Shown here: piece by piece, positions 1 through 12,492 of the stretch | How positions within the stretch are numbered: position 1 is the stretch's first letter | How the letters are laid out: every line of letters starts with the position of its first letter | Origin: Anaeramoeba ignava BMAN | Taxonomy: Eukaryota > Protista > Anaeramoebae | Direction: 5' to 3' | DNA length: 64,000 nucleotides | Assembly (NCBI GenBank): GCA_028826165.1 | Contig: JAPDFW010000070.1 | Span: forward strand, 62,001-126,000 | Made by a program: the position numbers and the translations under genes | The notes under the pieces: model-generated | Told to the model about the DNA's origin: nothing | The model's database searches: none | The model's input: only the letters and a program-made list of their open reading frames with translations

Positions 1-6
1 ATAAAC

Positions 7-1518
7 ATGATATGGACGAAGAATTGTGAGGAGGTTTTGCCAAAATTGAAGGTTTTATTGAGCAATGGAGCGAATTCTAATGCGATGAATCGGAACAAAA
101 TGACATCACTCCATCTTGCTCTAGAAGCACTTTGTGGATATGAGATAGTGGGGCTTCTTCTCGACAATAAGAGCGATCCGAATGTTCAAGACGCATTGTC
201 ACGAACAGCATTACATATTGCAATTCAAACACATCAAAAATTGGAAATTTTCAAACTTCTCATTTCAAAAGGCGCGCAGGTCATGCCTAAAAAGGATTCT
301 AACTTGTTCTTGCTTCATTATTGCATCAATTACAATACCTCTCTCGATGTCATTGAGTATCTTGTGGAAAACGGCTTGCCACTTAACGAGAAAGATCATA
401 AAAAACGCGGAGCTCTTCATTTTGTTAATAAAAAAACACAATTAAAAATTGTGAAATATCTTGTTTCAAAAGGAATAGAAATCCGTGATTTGGACAGCTA
501 CAAAAGAACAACCCTTCATTACGCATGTTCAAAAGGTGCGGGGTTGAATATTGTGAAGTTCCTTGTGTCAAAAGGTATGGATATCAACGCAGAAGACAAG
601 TTTCAACAAACACCACTTTATTATTCAACTTTGATTTTTAATTATTATGTTGTTGATTTCCTTCTCAAAAAAGGAGCAGATGTAAATGTTAAGGGAAAAG
701 ATCGGAAATCGCTTTTCGAAGTTTCAATCGCATCTTCTTTTCCTCATTTACCTTTGATTCTCCTTGAAAATGATGCCGATCCAAAAATTTCCTATTATTA
801 TGGTTTTAATGATCATCACAATATTTTAAAAGTTTTTGATTCTTTTCAAAAAGACTTTTCAAATCTCTTGTCAAGACAAGAACTGACTGATTGCACAATT
901 CAAGCCCTTGATGGCAGTATTCCCGCACATAAACTTATCCTTCAAGCAAGGATCTCAAAAGACCCAAATGTCCTTGATTCCTTCTTTCTTGCCTGTCGAG
1001 CAAAAAAAGTTACTGAAGTTTTGGAATTTTTGGAATTTGTTTATACAGGTCGCATTGATTTCGAAAACCAGACAAGCTTTTTCCAAAAACTCTCCAATTT
1101 TTGTTCAGACGCGAAATTGGACGAAAAATGGATTGAGGAAAAAAAGGGAATGAGAGGATTGAGAAGAGATATGTGGATGCTGTATTGCGACGATTCTTCA
1201 AAAGATTTCGCAATCATTGTTCAAGAAAATCCTATTAAATGCCATCGTTTGATTCTTGTAGCGAGAAGTAATCTTTTCCGTGGGATGTTTCTCTCGGTTA
1301 ATGATGACTCAAATCAAGTTAATGACTTTCTGGGAATTTCTTATGAAGCTTATTTACAATTAATCCAATTTATTTATTTTGATCAAATTAATGAATTTTC
1401 AGATCAAATTACTCAAGAATTATTAGAAGCTAATCGTTATTATCAATTGAATCCAAATTCCTCTTTAAAAATCAAACTTAAACAACCAAAACCAATTTCG
1501 AAAAAGTTTTTTTTTTAA
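7..1518 (+). CDS. Ankyrin-repeat + tandem BTB/POZ protein (intronless; may extend 5' of the window)
   Basis: About 7 ankyrin repeats (TSLHLA, TALHIA, TTLHYAC, TPLYYS), then two BTB domains (TDCTI..IPAHKLILQAR; KDFAI..IKCHRLILVARSNLFRGMF). The frame is open back to base 1. Confidence 0.9.
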   Translation: MIWTKNCEEVLPKLKVLLSNGANSNAMNRNKMTSLHLALEALCGYEIVGLLLDNKSDPNVQDALSRTALHIAIQTHQKLEIFKLLISKGAQVMPKKDSNLFLLHYCINYNTSLDVIEYLVENGLPLNEKDHKKRGALHFVNKKTQLKIVKYLVSKGIEIRDLDSYKRTTLHYACSKGAGLNIVKFLVSKGMDINAEDKFQQTPLYYSTLIFNYYVVDFLLKKGADVNVKGKDRKSLFEVSIASSFPHLPLILLENDADPKISYYYGFNDHHNILKVFDSFQKDFSNLLSRQELTDCTIQALDGSIPAHKLILQARISKDPNVLDSFFLACRAKKVTEVLEFLEFVYTGRIDFENQTSFFQKLSNFCSDAKLDEKWIEEKKGMRGLRRDMWMLYCDDSSKDFAIIVQENPIKCHRLILVARSNLFRGMFLSVNDDSNQVNDFLGISYEAYLQLIQFIYFDQINEFSDQITQELLEANRYYQLNPNSSLKIKLKQPKPISKKFFF

Positions 1519-1588
1519 AAAAAATCAATTTATAAAAAAAGAAAAGAAAGAAAAGAAAAGAAAGAAAAAATTGTTTTTTAGTTTCTTT

Positions 1589-4494
1589 TTAAAAAATTAA
1601 GTTTTCTGTTTGACCCAATTTTGCAAATCCGTTTAATTTAGGTTTTTTCGAAGTTGTTCCGTTTGGAAAAGTATGTTGTTTTTCAACAGGATCAATTTTT
1701 CCTCTTGAATCGATATTTTTTGGATTAGATTTTTCGATAATGTTTAAATGAAGATGTTTTGATTGTTCAGTATTATCAATAGTTTGTATTGTTTGAGCAA
1801 TTTCTTTTTCATGGATTTGCAATATTTTTTGGGTTGGATTAAATTTCTTTAAGTTCTTTAAAATACTTGGATAAATTTGTTTTTTGTTTGTTAATCCATA
1901 AAGTAAATCAAAGTGTTCACCTTCTTTTATAGATAGAGTTTCGACAACAAGTTCTGAGTTGAGGCGTTTTAACAGTTCTGTGATATTGATAAGATTATCG
2001 TTTTCTCCGTAATATAAAGCAATTGGGCATTTTATTTTGGAAAGATCATAAAGTGGTGGTTTTGAAGTTCCATAATGTTTTTTATTTTCATATTCATTTT
2101 CGTAATCGAACATGTGAATTGGTCCTGTTCGCAGAATTGAGAACCAATGTCGGCATAGTTTTACTGATGTTGGTGAGTATAATTGTTGGCAATATACTGG
2201 CATGTTTTTTTGATCAAGATATTTGTTTGTCCATTTGAAGAGGATTGACATACAAATTTGGATTATGAAAGAGAACCATTCTATGGATGTATATTTGAGG
2301 AAGACTTTTGAGATTTCTCTCTATATTAATTTTATAAATGAATTTTAATTTTAATTTTAATTTTTAATTTTAATTTTATAAATGAATTTTAATTTTAAAT
2401 TTAATTTTGTAAATGAATTTTAATTTTAATTTTAATTTTAATTTTAATTTTAATTTTAATTTTAATTTTAATTTTAATTTTAATTTTAAATATTAATTTT
2501 AATTTTAATTTTAATTTTAAATTTTAATATTAATTTTAATTTTAATTTTAATTTTATAAATGAATTTTAATTTTAATTTTAATTTGAATTTTAATTTTAA
2601 TTTTATAAATGAATTTTAATATTAATTTTAATTTTAATTTTAATTTTATAAATGAATTTTAATTTTAATTTTAATTTTAATTTTAATTTTAATTTTAATT
2701 TTAATTTTAATTTTAATTTTAATTTTAATTTTAATTTTAATTTTAATTTTAATTTTAATTTTAATTTTAATTTTAATTTTAATTTTATAAATGAATTTTA
2801 ATTTTAATATTTAATTTTAATTTTAATTTTATAAATGAATTTTAATTTTATAAATGAATTTTAATTTTAATTTTAATTTTAATTTTAATTTTAATTTTTA
2901 TTTTAATTTTTATTTTAATTTTAATATTTACAATCATTGCTTGCTTTCCAAAAAGTAAATGAATATATTTTCCAGGTAATTTAGTAACCAATTTAAAAAA
3001 CCAAGTATGAGGATTTTTAACAACACCACAAGGAGCAAGAGAAACAAAAAGATTAATTTTAGAACTCAATTCAGGATAAAAAGAAAAAGCACCAAAACCA
3101 ACAGTAGTTCCTTGACTAAAACCAATATAAGTTACAGATTTATTATGAGTTTTATCAAGAACAAAATTAATAAGCGTTGGAGCATCTAATTGAATAAGTT
3201 CATCAATAGAATAATCCCAAAAAAGATCGTCTTTAACTCCCAAATCTTGATGACGATCTGAATAAGAATTTCCTCTGTGATTTCCGAACCAACAATCATA
3301 ACCAAGATCCGCAAGAAGAAAAGCTAATCCAACTTTCTTTTTGGCTGCAACATAACTTGCGCTACTTTGCATAAATCCATGCATGAAAAATGCTACTGGT
3401 TTAGGTTCTTTTCTTCTTTCTCTTGGTTCTTGTTTTTCTTGTTCAAAATTCTCTTGTGAAAATAGTTTTTCTTGTTGTTCTTTGTATTCTTCTCTTCCGC
3501 ATGGGATTCTATGAAGTTGAAGAAAATAATTATCTTTGGTTTGAACTACAAATTGTTCAAGTGGATATCCCTTTTTAAAAAAATTATTAAATATTAATTA
3601 AATAAATATTAAATAAATATTAAATAAATATTAAATAAATATTAAATAAATATTAAATATTAAATAAATTAAATTAAATATTAAATAAATATTAAAATAA
3701 AATTAAATAAATATTAAATAAATATTAAATAAATATTAAATAAATATTAAATAAATATTAAATAAATATTAAATAAATATTAAATAAATATTAAATAAAT
3801 AAATATTAAATATTAAATAAATATTAAATAAATATTAAATATTAAATAAATATTAAAAAATATTAAATAGTTAAATATTAAATATTAAATATTAAATAAA
3901 TTGAAAACCAAAAATATTAAAATATTAAAATATTAAAATATTAAATATTAAATATTAAATATTAAATAAATATTAAATATTAAATATTAAATATTAAATA
4001 TTAAATATTAAATAAATATTAAATATTAAATATTAAATATTAAATATTAAATAAATATTAAATATTAAATATTAAATAAATATTAAATATTAAATATTAA
4101 ATATTAAATAAATATTAAATAAATATTAAATAAATATTAAATATTAAATATTAAATAAATATTAAATAAATATTAAATATTAAATATTAAATAATTAACC
4201 ACTTTATACCTTTTTCATAACAAAATCTCGAAATTCAATTGACATTTTTCTTTTTTTTTTCTTTGGTTTTGGAGAATCACCTGTTGCAATTTGATAAGTA
4301 ACTTCTTTAACAGCTGAAATTGATCCAAAAAAGATTTTTTTCACAAATTTTGATATAAATTGACAAAGAGAAAGAATAAGCTTTAACGGAACTGATGCTA
4401 AAAGAACATAAAACTTGATAACAACAGTTGCAATATAAAATAGTATATAAATCAATTTACTTTTTAATAAAATTTCATAAATATTTAAACCCAT
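1589..4494 (-). CDS. Acid/gastric lipase family alpha/beta hydrolase, 3 exons
   Basis: Exons 4494-4210, 3570-2932 and 2320-1589, all phase-0 GT-AG, about 551 aa. Motifs: GYPLEQFVVQTKDNYFLQLHRIP, HGFMQSS, GYDCWFGNHRGN, nucleophile GFSQG, ENDNL, HFDLLYG. Hydrophobic N-terminus. Confidence 0.9.
2321..2931 (-). repeat. Lipase intron 2 filled with (TTTTAA)n microsatellite
   Basis: Near-perfect hexamer array between the GT donor and the TAG acceptor. Confidence 0.9.
3571..4209 (-). repeat. Lipase intron 1 filled with (TAAATAAATAT)n/(AAATATT)n
   Basis: Mixed 11-mer and 7-mer array between the splice sites. Confidence 0.9.
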
Positions 4495-4649
4495 TTATTA
4501 TTTTTGTTTTTATTGTAGAAAAAAAAAATGAAATTTAATTTTTTGGTTTTTTTTTAATTTTTTTTTTTTGAATAATTTATTGTCAAGTTTATTTAATTTT
4601 TTTCTTTATTAAAAAAAAATAAATAAAAAACAAAAATTTAAAATAAAGA

Positions 4650-5245
4650 TTGATTTAGAAATTTATTTAGAAATTTATTTAGAAATTTATTTAGAAATTT
4701 ATTTAGAAATTTATTTGGAAATTTATTTAAATATTAAAAATTTAAAAAAATTTATTTATAGATTTTTAAGAAATTTATTTTAGAAATTTATTTAGAAATT
4801 TATTTAGAAATTGATTTATAAATTTATTTAGAAATTTATTTAAAAATTGATTTAGAAATTTATTTATAAATTTATTTAAAAATTTATTTAAAAATTTATT
4901 TGGAAATTTATTTAAAGATTTATTTAAAAATTTATTTATAAATTTAATTAGAAATTTATTTTTGGAAAATTTTTGAAAATTTATTTAGAAATTTATTTAG
5001 AAATTTATTTAGAAATTTATTTAGAGATTGATTTAAAAATTTATTTAGAAATTGATTTAGAAATTTATTTAGAAATTTATTTAGAAATTTATTTAGAAAT
5101 TTATTTAGAAATTGATTTAGAAATTTATTTAGAAATTGATTTAGAAATTTATTTAGAAATTTATTTAGAAATTTATTTAGAAATTTATTTAGAAATTGAT
5201 TTAGAAATTTATTTAGAAATTGATTTAGAAATTTATTTAGAAATT
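4650..5245. repeat. Intergenic 12-bp tandem repeat (ATTTAGAAATTT)n
   Basis: Directly visible. It explains the spurious 'EIYL' ORF 4973-5263. Confidence 0.9.
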
Positions 5246-5426
5246 GAGAAAAAGATTGAATAATTGAATAAAAGAAAAAAAAAAGGAAATTTGTTTTTTT
5301 GTGTTTGTTTATTGCGAAAAGATCAAAAGAAAATCAAAAAAAAAAAAAGAAAAAAAAGGAAAAATTTTTCTAATTGCAAAAAATGTTTTTTTTGTTTTTT
5401 TTTTTGAGAAGATAATTGAAAAAAAT

Positions 5427-6067
5427 TTAACAATCTTCAACAGTCCAATAGAAATTACAAACCTTTTTATTCCGATTTTTTTGAGATTTTTGTTTTGATC
5501 TTTTAATTAATTCTTCAAAATTATTATTTTCTTGTTCATTATTAATTTTTCTTTTATGAGATTTTAAAGAATTTTTTTCGAAATTTTTAAATTGATTTTG
5601 ATTTTTAAATTGATTTTGATTTTTAAATTGATTTTGATTTTTAAATTCGATTTTGATTTTTAAATTCGTTTTGATTTTTAAATTCGGTTTTGATTTTTAA
5701 ATTCATTTTGATTTTTAAATTCATTTTGATTTTTAAATTCATTTTCATTTTTAAATTCATTTTCATTTTTAAATTCATTTTGATTTTCAGTTGAATTATT
5801 ATAACGAAGATAAAAATCATCAAAATCACAATCACTAAAATCTTCACTATAAACCTTAAAAGTAGGAGGAGGAACAGTTATTTCATCTTTAAAATTAAAA
5901 ATACTTTTTGAAATCATTAATTTATTTTTCTTATATTTTTTGCTTGTTATTGTTTCTTCTGTTTTTTCCGTTTGAATTTGATCAAATAGGGATTTTAATA
6001 ATTGATCTAATTTTAAACCCCGTTTTTGTATTTCTTCATTTTCTTGATTTATTATTAATTTTTGCAT
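5427..6067 (-). CDS. Hypothetical protein (frameshifted inside an NQNEFK repeat)
   Basis: ORF 6067-5678 has a complex N-terminus. After the repeat a frame resumes: QFKNFEKNSLKSHKRK...KVCNFYWTVEDC, with a stop at 5427. Confidence 0.5.
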
Positions 6068-6883
6068 CTTATTTTGTTTTTTTGTGTTTTGTATCTTTTA
6101 TATTTTATTTAAAAAAAAAGAAATAGAAAAATAGAAATAAAATAAATGTCAAAATAAAAATGATTAAAATTTTTAATTAAAAATTGTTTTATATGAAAAA
6201 ATGTCTACTTTTTTTGATTTTGTTTTTGTTTTTAAAAAAAATTTAAAAAAAAATATAATATGTTTTGTTTTTGACTATTTGTCCAGTTGTCGGATTTGGT
6301 GTAAAAAGAAAAAAAATGAAAAAAAAAATGAAAAAAAAAAGGAAAAAAAATTTTAATTAAATAATTCTAATTCTCAATTTTTTGATCGTTTAATTAAAAA
6401 AGGAAAAAAAAATAATAACAAGAAAGTTTTTTATAACTTTAAATTTTTAATTAAAATTTTATTTTCAATGTCAAATGTTATTTATTTTTATGATCAAAAT
6501 TTATTCACCTTTTTTTATTTATTTTTTTTTTCCTTTTTATTTTTTTTTTAATTAAAAATTCGACACACGTGGAAAATTAAAAATAAAAAAATTTTTAAAT
6601 CATTTTTTTATTTACAAAAAAATTAAAATTTAAATTTAACTATAAAAAAATTAAATATTAATATAAACATTTTCAAAAATATAAACTATAATGTTTTTAA
6701 TTAGTCTTTTTTATTATAACTTATTTTATTAAAATAATATAAAAATTTTTATTTTTTTTTTTTAATTAAATAAAAATGAATAATTATTTTTATAAAATTA
6801 CGAATAATTTTTTTTTGCTTTTTTTTATTTTTTTTTTTAATTAAAAAATTTTTTTTTTTTTTTCATTTTTTCTTAATTATAAA

Positions 6884-9800
6884 ATGTCAGGTAAATAAAT
6901 CAAAAAAAAAGAAAGAAAACATTTTAAAACAAAATAGAAAAAAACATTTTAAAACAATTTTAAATTTTTTGCTTTTAATTTTTCAATTAAAATTTAAAAT
7001 TAAAAAATTTTTTGATGATAAAAGATAACGAAGATTCAGATTTATTAATTGAAGATGATAATGAAAATGAAAATGAAAAAGAAAAAAAATCAGATAAAGA
7101 AAATGAAAAAGAAAATGAAAAAGAATCAGGATCTGATTTTGAATTAGAAGATTCAGGTGATATTTCAGATGTAAATCAAAAACCAATTGATAATCAACCT
7201 AAACGTGTTGGTTTCAAAGATAATGAAGAAATTGATGTGCCTACAGTTGTTGATATGAGTGATGTTGAAGAAGCTTTTAAATGGATTATTAAAAATATTC
7301 ATGTAATTATATAGTTCAAGAATAATTTTATAAATAAGTTTATAATTAAATTTATAATCAAATTTAAAAACAAATTTATAATCAAATTTATAATCAAATT
7401 TATAATCAAATTTATAATCAAATTTATAATCAAATTTATAATTATATTTATAATTATATTTATAATTAAATTTATAATTATATTTATAAACAAATTTATA
7501 ATCAAATTTATAATCAAATTTATAAACAAATTTATAATTAAATTTATAAACAAATTTAAAACAAATTTATAATTAAATTTATAATTATATTTAAAATTAA
7601 ATTTAAAAACAAATTTATAATTTATAATTAAATTTATAATTAAATTTATAATTAAATTTAAAAACAAATTTAAACAAATTTATAATTAAATTTATATAAT
7701 TAAATTTAAAAACAAATTTAAAAACAAATTTATAATTAAATTTATAAATAATTTAAACAAATTTATAATTAAATTTAAAAACAAATTTAAAACAAATTTA
7801 TAATTAAATTTATAATTAAATTTAAAATTAAATTTATAATTAAATTTATAATTAAATTTATATAATTAAATTTAAACAAATTTATAATTAAATTTATAAT
7901 TAAATTTAAAAACAAAATTTAAAAATTAATATTTATAAAATAATTTCAAAATTTATAATTAAATTTATAATTAAATTTATAATTAAAATTTATAAATAAG
8001 TTATAATTAAATTTATAATAAAAATTATAATTAAATTTATATTTACAACTTAATTAAATTTATAAAACAAATTTAAAAATAATATTTAAAATAGATTCAA
8101 AATTGTGCTCAAACAAGACCCCAATTAAAACAATTTTGGGGATCCACACAATTTAGAAACAAAAAGAAAAACCAAAAGAATTTAAAAATATAAAAATTTG
8201 AAAATTCAAAAAAAATAAAAATATTTAATTTAAATTCAATTCAAAAATACAAAAAAATTTATCAATATTTAATTCAAAAATTCAATTCAAAAATATTAAA
8301 ATTAAAATATAAAAATTCAAAAATATAAAAATATATCAATTTTAATCCAAAAATATTTAATTCAAAAATATAAAAATATTAAATTCAAAAATATAAAAAT
8401 ATAAAAATTCAAAAATATTTAATTCAAAAATATAAAAATATTAAATTCAATTAAAAAATATTTAATTCAAAAATATTAAAATATTAAATTTAAAAATATT
8501 TAATTTAAAAATATTAAATTTAATTTAAAAAATATATCAATTTTAATCCAAAAAGCTCGTTGAAAAACAATGCGGAAAAACTAATGTTTGGGGAGAAACT
8601 AAAATCAATCTCGAAAAACTCGCAAACAGCAACATCATACAAACAGTTGAAATAAGAAAACTAACAAAACAAGCAAACGAATCAACATCACTAATAAGCG
8701 GAGAAAAAGACAAGAACCCAATTGTAAAATTCACGTGCTATTTCCAAGAATTAATTTTATATAACCTTCATTTCCATCATTGGAAAGGAGGAAACCTAAT
8801 CGCAGCAAATGACGATGGAACATCCGATCCAATAATAGAATTTTCAGTCAGTTCTAGCGTATCTGGATTCAAAAAGAAAGAACGCAAATTTTCACACAGT
8901 TGCCGATCGGATAAAATCATCAGAACATTAACTCCTTCTTGGGAAGAAGTTGGTTGGATCACGTTTGTTGGAACAAGAAGCGAATTACAACACGCAATTC
9001 TTGAATGCGTTGTTTATGATTGGGAGTAAGAACCATTTTCTCCTCAATCTTCTTGATTGAAATATAAACACTTGAATGTGAATTGATTGATTTATTAAAA
9101 ATTTATTAATTTCTTTTATTTTTTTAAAATTTAGTCCGAAAAAATCTCCAGAAAAAATCGGTGAATCACACATAGAATTGACTAATATCTTCGACTTCGG
9201 CGTTGTAAGATCTCCATTAAAACTCAAGACAATTCTCCCCACAAATCAAGAACAATGGAAAGATGCAGGTTTTGTCGAGGGAATTGTTGAGCTGAAAGAA
9301 TCAAGTTTCCATCAACAATACGGATACATTCCCGATTTGTATCCAGGGAAAAACTACCTTGCCGTTGAAATCATACGCGCATCAAATCTAACTGCAATGG
9401 ACGATGGAATCTCTTCAGATCCTTATGTGGTTGCTGAATGGGAAGGCTGCAAATTAAGTACATTTGTGATCGAAAAAACTCTCGAACCGAAATTTAATGA
9501 AATTTTATTTTTCCCGCTCAACGTGGCGACAATTTCGGAAGAAGACATCGCCAAAAAGGGCAATATAACAATCTCAGTTTTCGATCAAGACCAAGCAGGC
9601 GATGATATTTTGGGAATGACTTCCATCAATCTTTCCGATATTGTGAAGGGTGTTGCTCAAGATCACACATACGAGGACCAAACAGTTCGATCACGAACAT
9701 ATTCGGGAACAAAGTACCTGCTTTTCAACGGACAAGAGACAACTCAAGGTCTTGAAATGCGTGCGTGGTTTCATCCTGACTTGCCTGATAACTTTAAATT

Positions 9801-12196
9801 TGAAAATGTTTTTGAAGTCACTCCAAATACCCCAATTTCAGAAGCTTTTGTTAAAAGAGAAAATGTTTGGTTGAGATCTCTTCCAAAATTGCATGTTCAA
9901 ACTGGTGCTTATTTGATTAAAGGTGCTGATGAAAATAATAATGATCATTTTATTCCTACTTATATGACTAAGGTTAATGTTCCTGAAGATTTACGTTCCA
10001 TTAATGAGATTTTAAGAACAATTAAAGCTTTTCCTTTTGAAAATGATGAAACGACTTTCCAAGGAAGGTACAATAAAATTAAAATATATTTATAAAATTA
10101 AAATTCATTTATAAAATTAAAATTCATTTATAAATTAAAATTCATTTATAAATTAAAATTCATTTATAAAATTAAAATTAAAATTAAAATTAAAATTAAA
10201 ATAAAAATTAAAATTTAAAATTAAAATAAAAATTAAAATTAAAATTAAAATTAAAATTAAAATTAAAATTAAAATTAAAATTAAAATTAAAATTAAAATT
10301 AAAATTAAAATTAAAATTAAAATTAAAATTAAAATTAAAATTAAAATTAAAATTAAAATTTATTTATAAAATCAAAATTAAAATTAAAATCAAAATTAAA
10401 ATTAAAAATAAAAATAAAATTAAAATTAAAATTAAAATTAAAATTAAAATTAAAATTAAAATAGACAAGATGTATGGTGCACTCAAAACTTCTTTTTAGG
10501 AATCAGAAAAGGTTCTGCTGAAGAACATGCTATGCTTCTTGTGAATATTTTATTGGGATTAGGAATGGATGCTTATTTTTGTTATGGAATTACAAGAAGT
10601 AATGAAAAACATTCATGGGCTCTTGTTCGTGAAGATAATGGAACTGTTATTTTATTTGAAACTGCATATGCAAAACAATATAGATTAACAAATGCATGGA
10701 ATGGAAAAAATGGTATTTGATTTTAAATTAAAATTAAATTTAAAATTAAAATTAAAATAAAAATTAAAATTAAAATTCATTTCATAAAAAAAAAAATTTA
10801 AAATTAAAATTAGTTTAAAATTAATATTAAAATTATTCCTTATACAGGAAAAAATTAAAATTAAAATCTTTAAAATCAAAAATTAAAAATAAAAGCAACT
10901 AATAGAAATTTTAAAATTCAAAAGAATTTAAAATTTAAAATTCATTTCCTTTTTTAGTTTTTGAAGAAGATAACAAAAAAGAATTAGAACTTGAAGTTGA
11001 AGAAATAAAACCAAGTAATGATGCAAAAATTATTCCTTATACAGGACTTGCAATTGTAGCAAATGATAAAAATCTTTGGGGAAATGCTCAAAAAACTCTT
11101 GATCCAGCAACTATTAGATATAATTTTGAGAATTCAAAAGAATGGATTCCATTTGTAACAGATGATTTTGATGAAGATATTGCACCTTTCTATCATCCAA
11201 AATCATTAGGACCAAAGTAGATTATAATCAAATAATTTTAATTTAATTTAATTTAATTTAATTTTGAATTTAATTTAATTTAAATTTAATTTTGAATTTA
11301 ATTTAAATTTAATTTTGATTTTAATTTTAATTTAATTGAATTTAATTTTGAATTTAATTGAATTTAATTTAATTTTGAATTTAATTTTAATTTAATTTTG
11401 AATTTAATTTAATTTTATATTTAATTTTAAATTTAATTTAATTTAATTTAATTTAATTTAATTTTGAATTTAATTTTCAATTTAATTTTGAATTTAATTT
11501 AATTTTGAATTTAATTTTATTGTAATTTAATTTTAATTTTAATTTTTAATTTAATTTTGATTTTAATTTATATTTAATTTTAATTTTAATTTTGAATTTA
11601 AATTTAAATTTTGAATTTAATTTTATTGTAATTTTGAAAAAAGATTATCAGCTCAAAGACTTTTATCAATTCGCAATTTAATAAAAGATGAACTGATTCA
11701 TTCTTATCAAATATATCGAAGTGCAGAACACATGAACACATACATTGAAAGCGAACTTGGGGAAGTAATAGATAAAGGATTACATTTCTATGAGAAATTA
11801 CTAACAAAAAAAATCGAATCAACAGACAAAGATTTTCTTTATTGGAAAGGAGAACTAAGTAATTTAACACCAGTTGGCTTTAGTTTTTCAGGTTCTCCAC
11901 TTTCCTTTTCTTATATCGATTCAATTCGTATTCGTAAATATATTATGGAAAAAATTGATTTCCATAAAGAAAGAGATGAAAGAGCTCGTTTTGCTTTTGG
12001 TTGTCATGTAGAACCTTATTATCATGGAATGTGCATGGTTTGGGTTATGATTGTTAAGCTTCTTCCTCTTCCTATTGAAAAACTCCAAATTGAAGATGAA
12101 ATGGAAGAAACTGAAGAAGATAAAAAGAGAATCGAGAAAAACAAAAAAGGCAAAAAGAAAGATGATGAAATCAATAATTCAAATAATATGGTTTAA
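6884..12196 (+). CDS. Multi-C2-domain protein with CEP76/CC2D2A-type transglutaminase-like and C-terminal domains
   Basis: Exons 6884-6890, 7025-7302, 8095-~8160 (donor unresolved), ~8556-9025, 9135-10067, 10465-10712, 10958-11216 and 11644-12196. C2 motifs: AANDDGTSDP..VYDWD and AMDDGISSDPYV..VFDQD. CEP76-like motifs: DVWCT..FFL..KGSAEEHAMLL..LLGLGMDAY..HSWAL, PY...NLWGNAQ and FAFGCHVEPY..VWVMI. Confidence 0.8.
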
Positions 12197-12492
12197 TATC
12201 TTTAAATTCTCTTTAAATTCTCTTTAAATTCTCTTTATTCTGAAATTTGAAAAAAAAAAAGAAAAAAGAAAATCAAATCTTTTTTTTTTCTCTTTTTTTT
12301 CTCTTCTTTTGATGATTTTTTTGATGATTTTTTTCTTTTTCTTTTTCTTTTTAATTCCGTTATTCTTCATTCTTTGTGATTGATAACATAAAAAAAAAAC
12401 AAATCTTTTTTTTTTTGTGAGAAATTCCTCAAAATAAAAATCATCAATAATTCAAAAATAATTTTTTAAATTTAATTTATATTTTTAATAAA

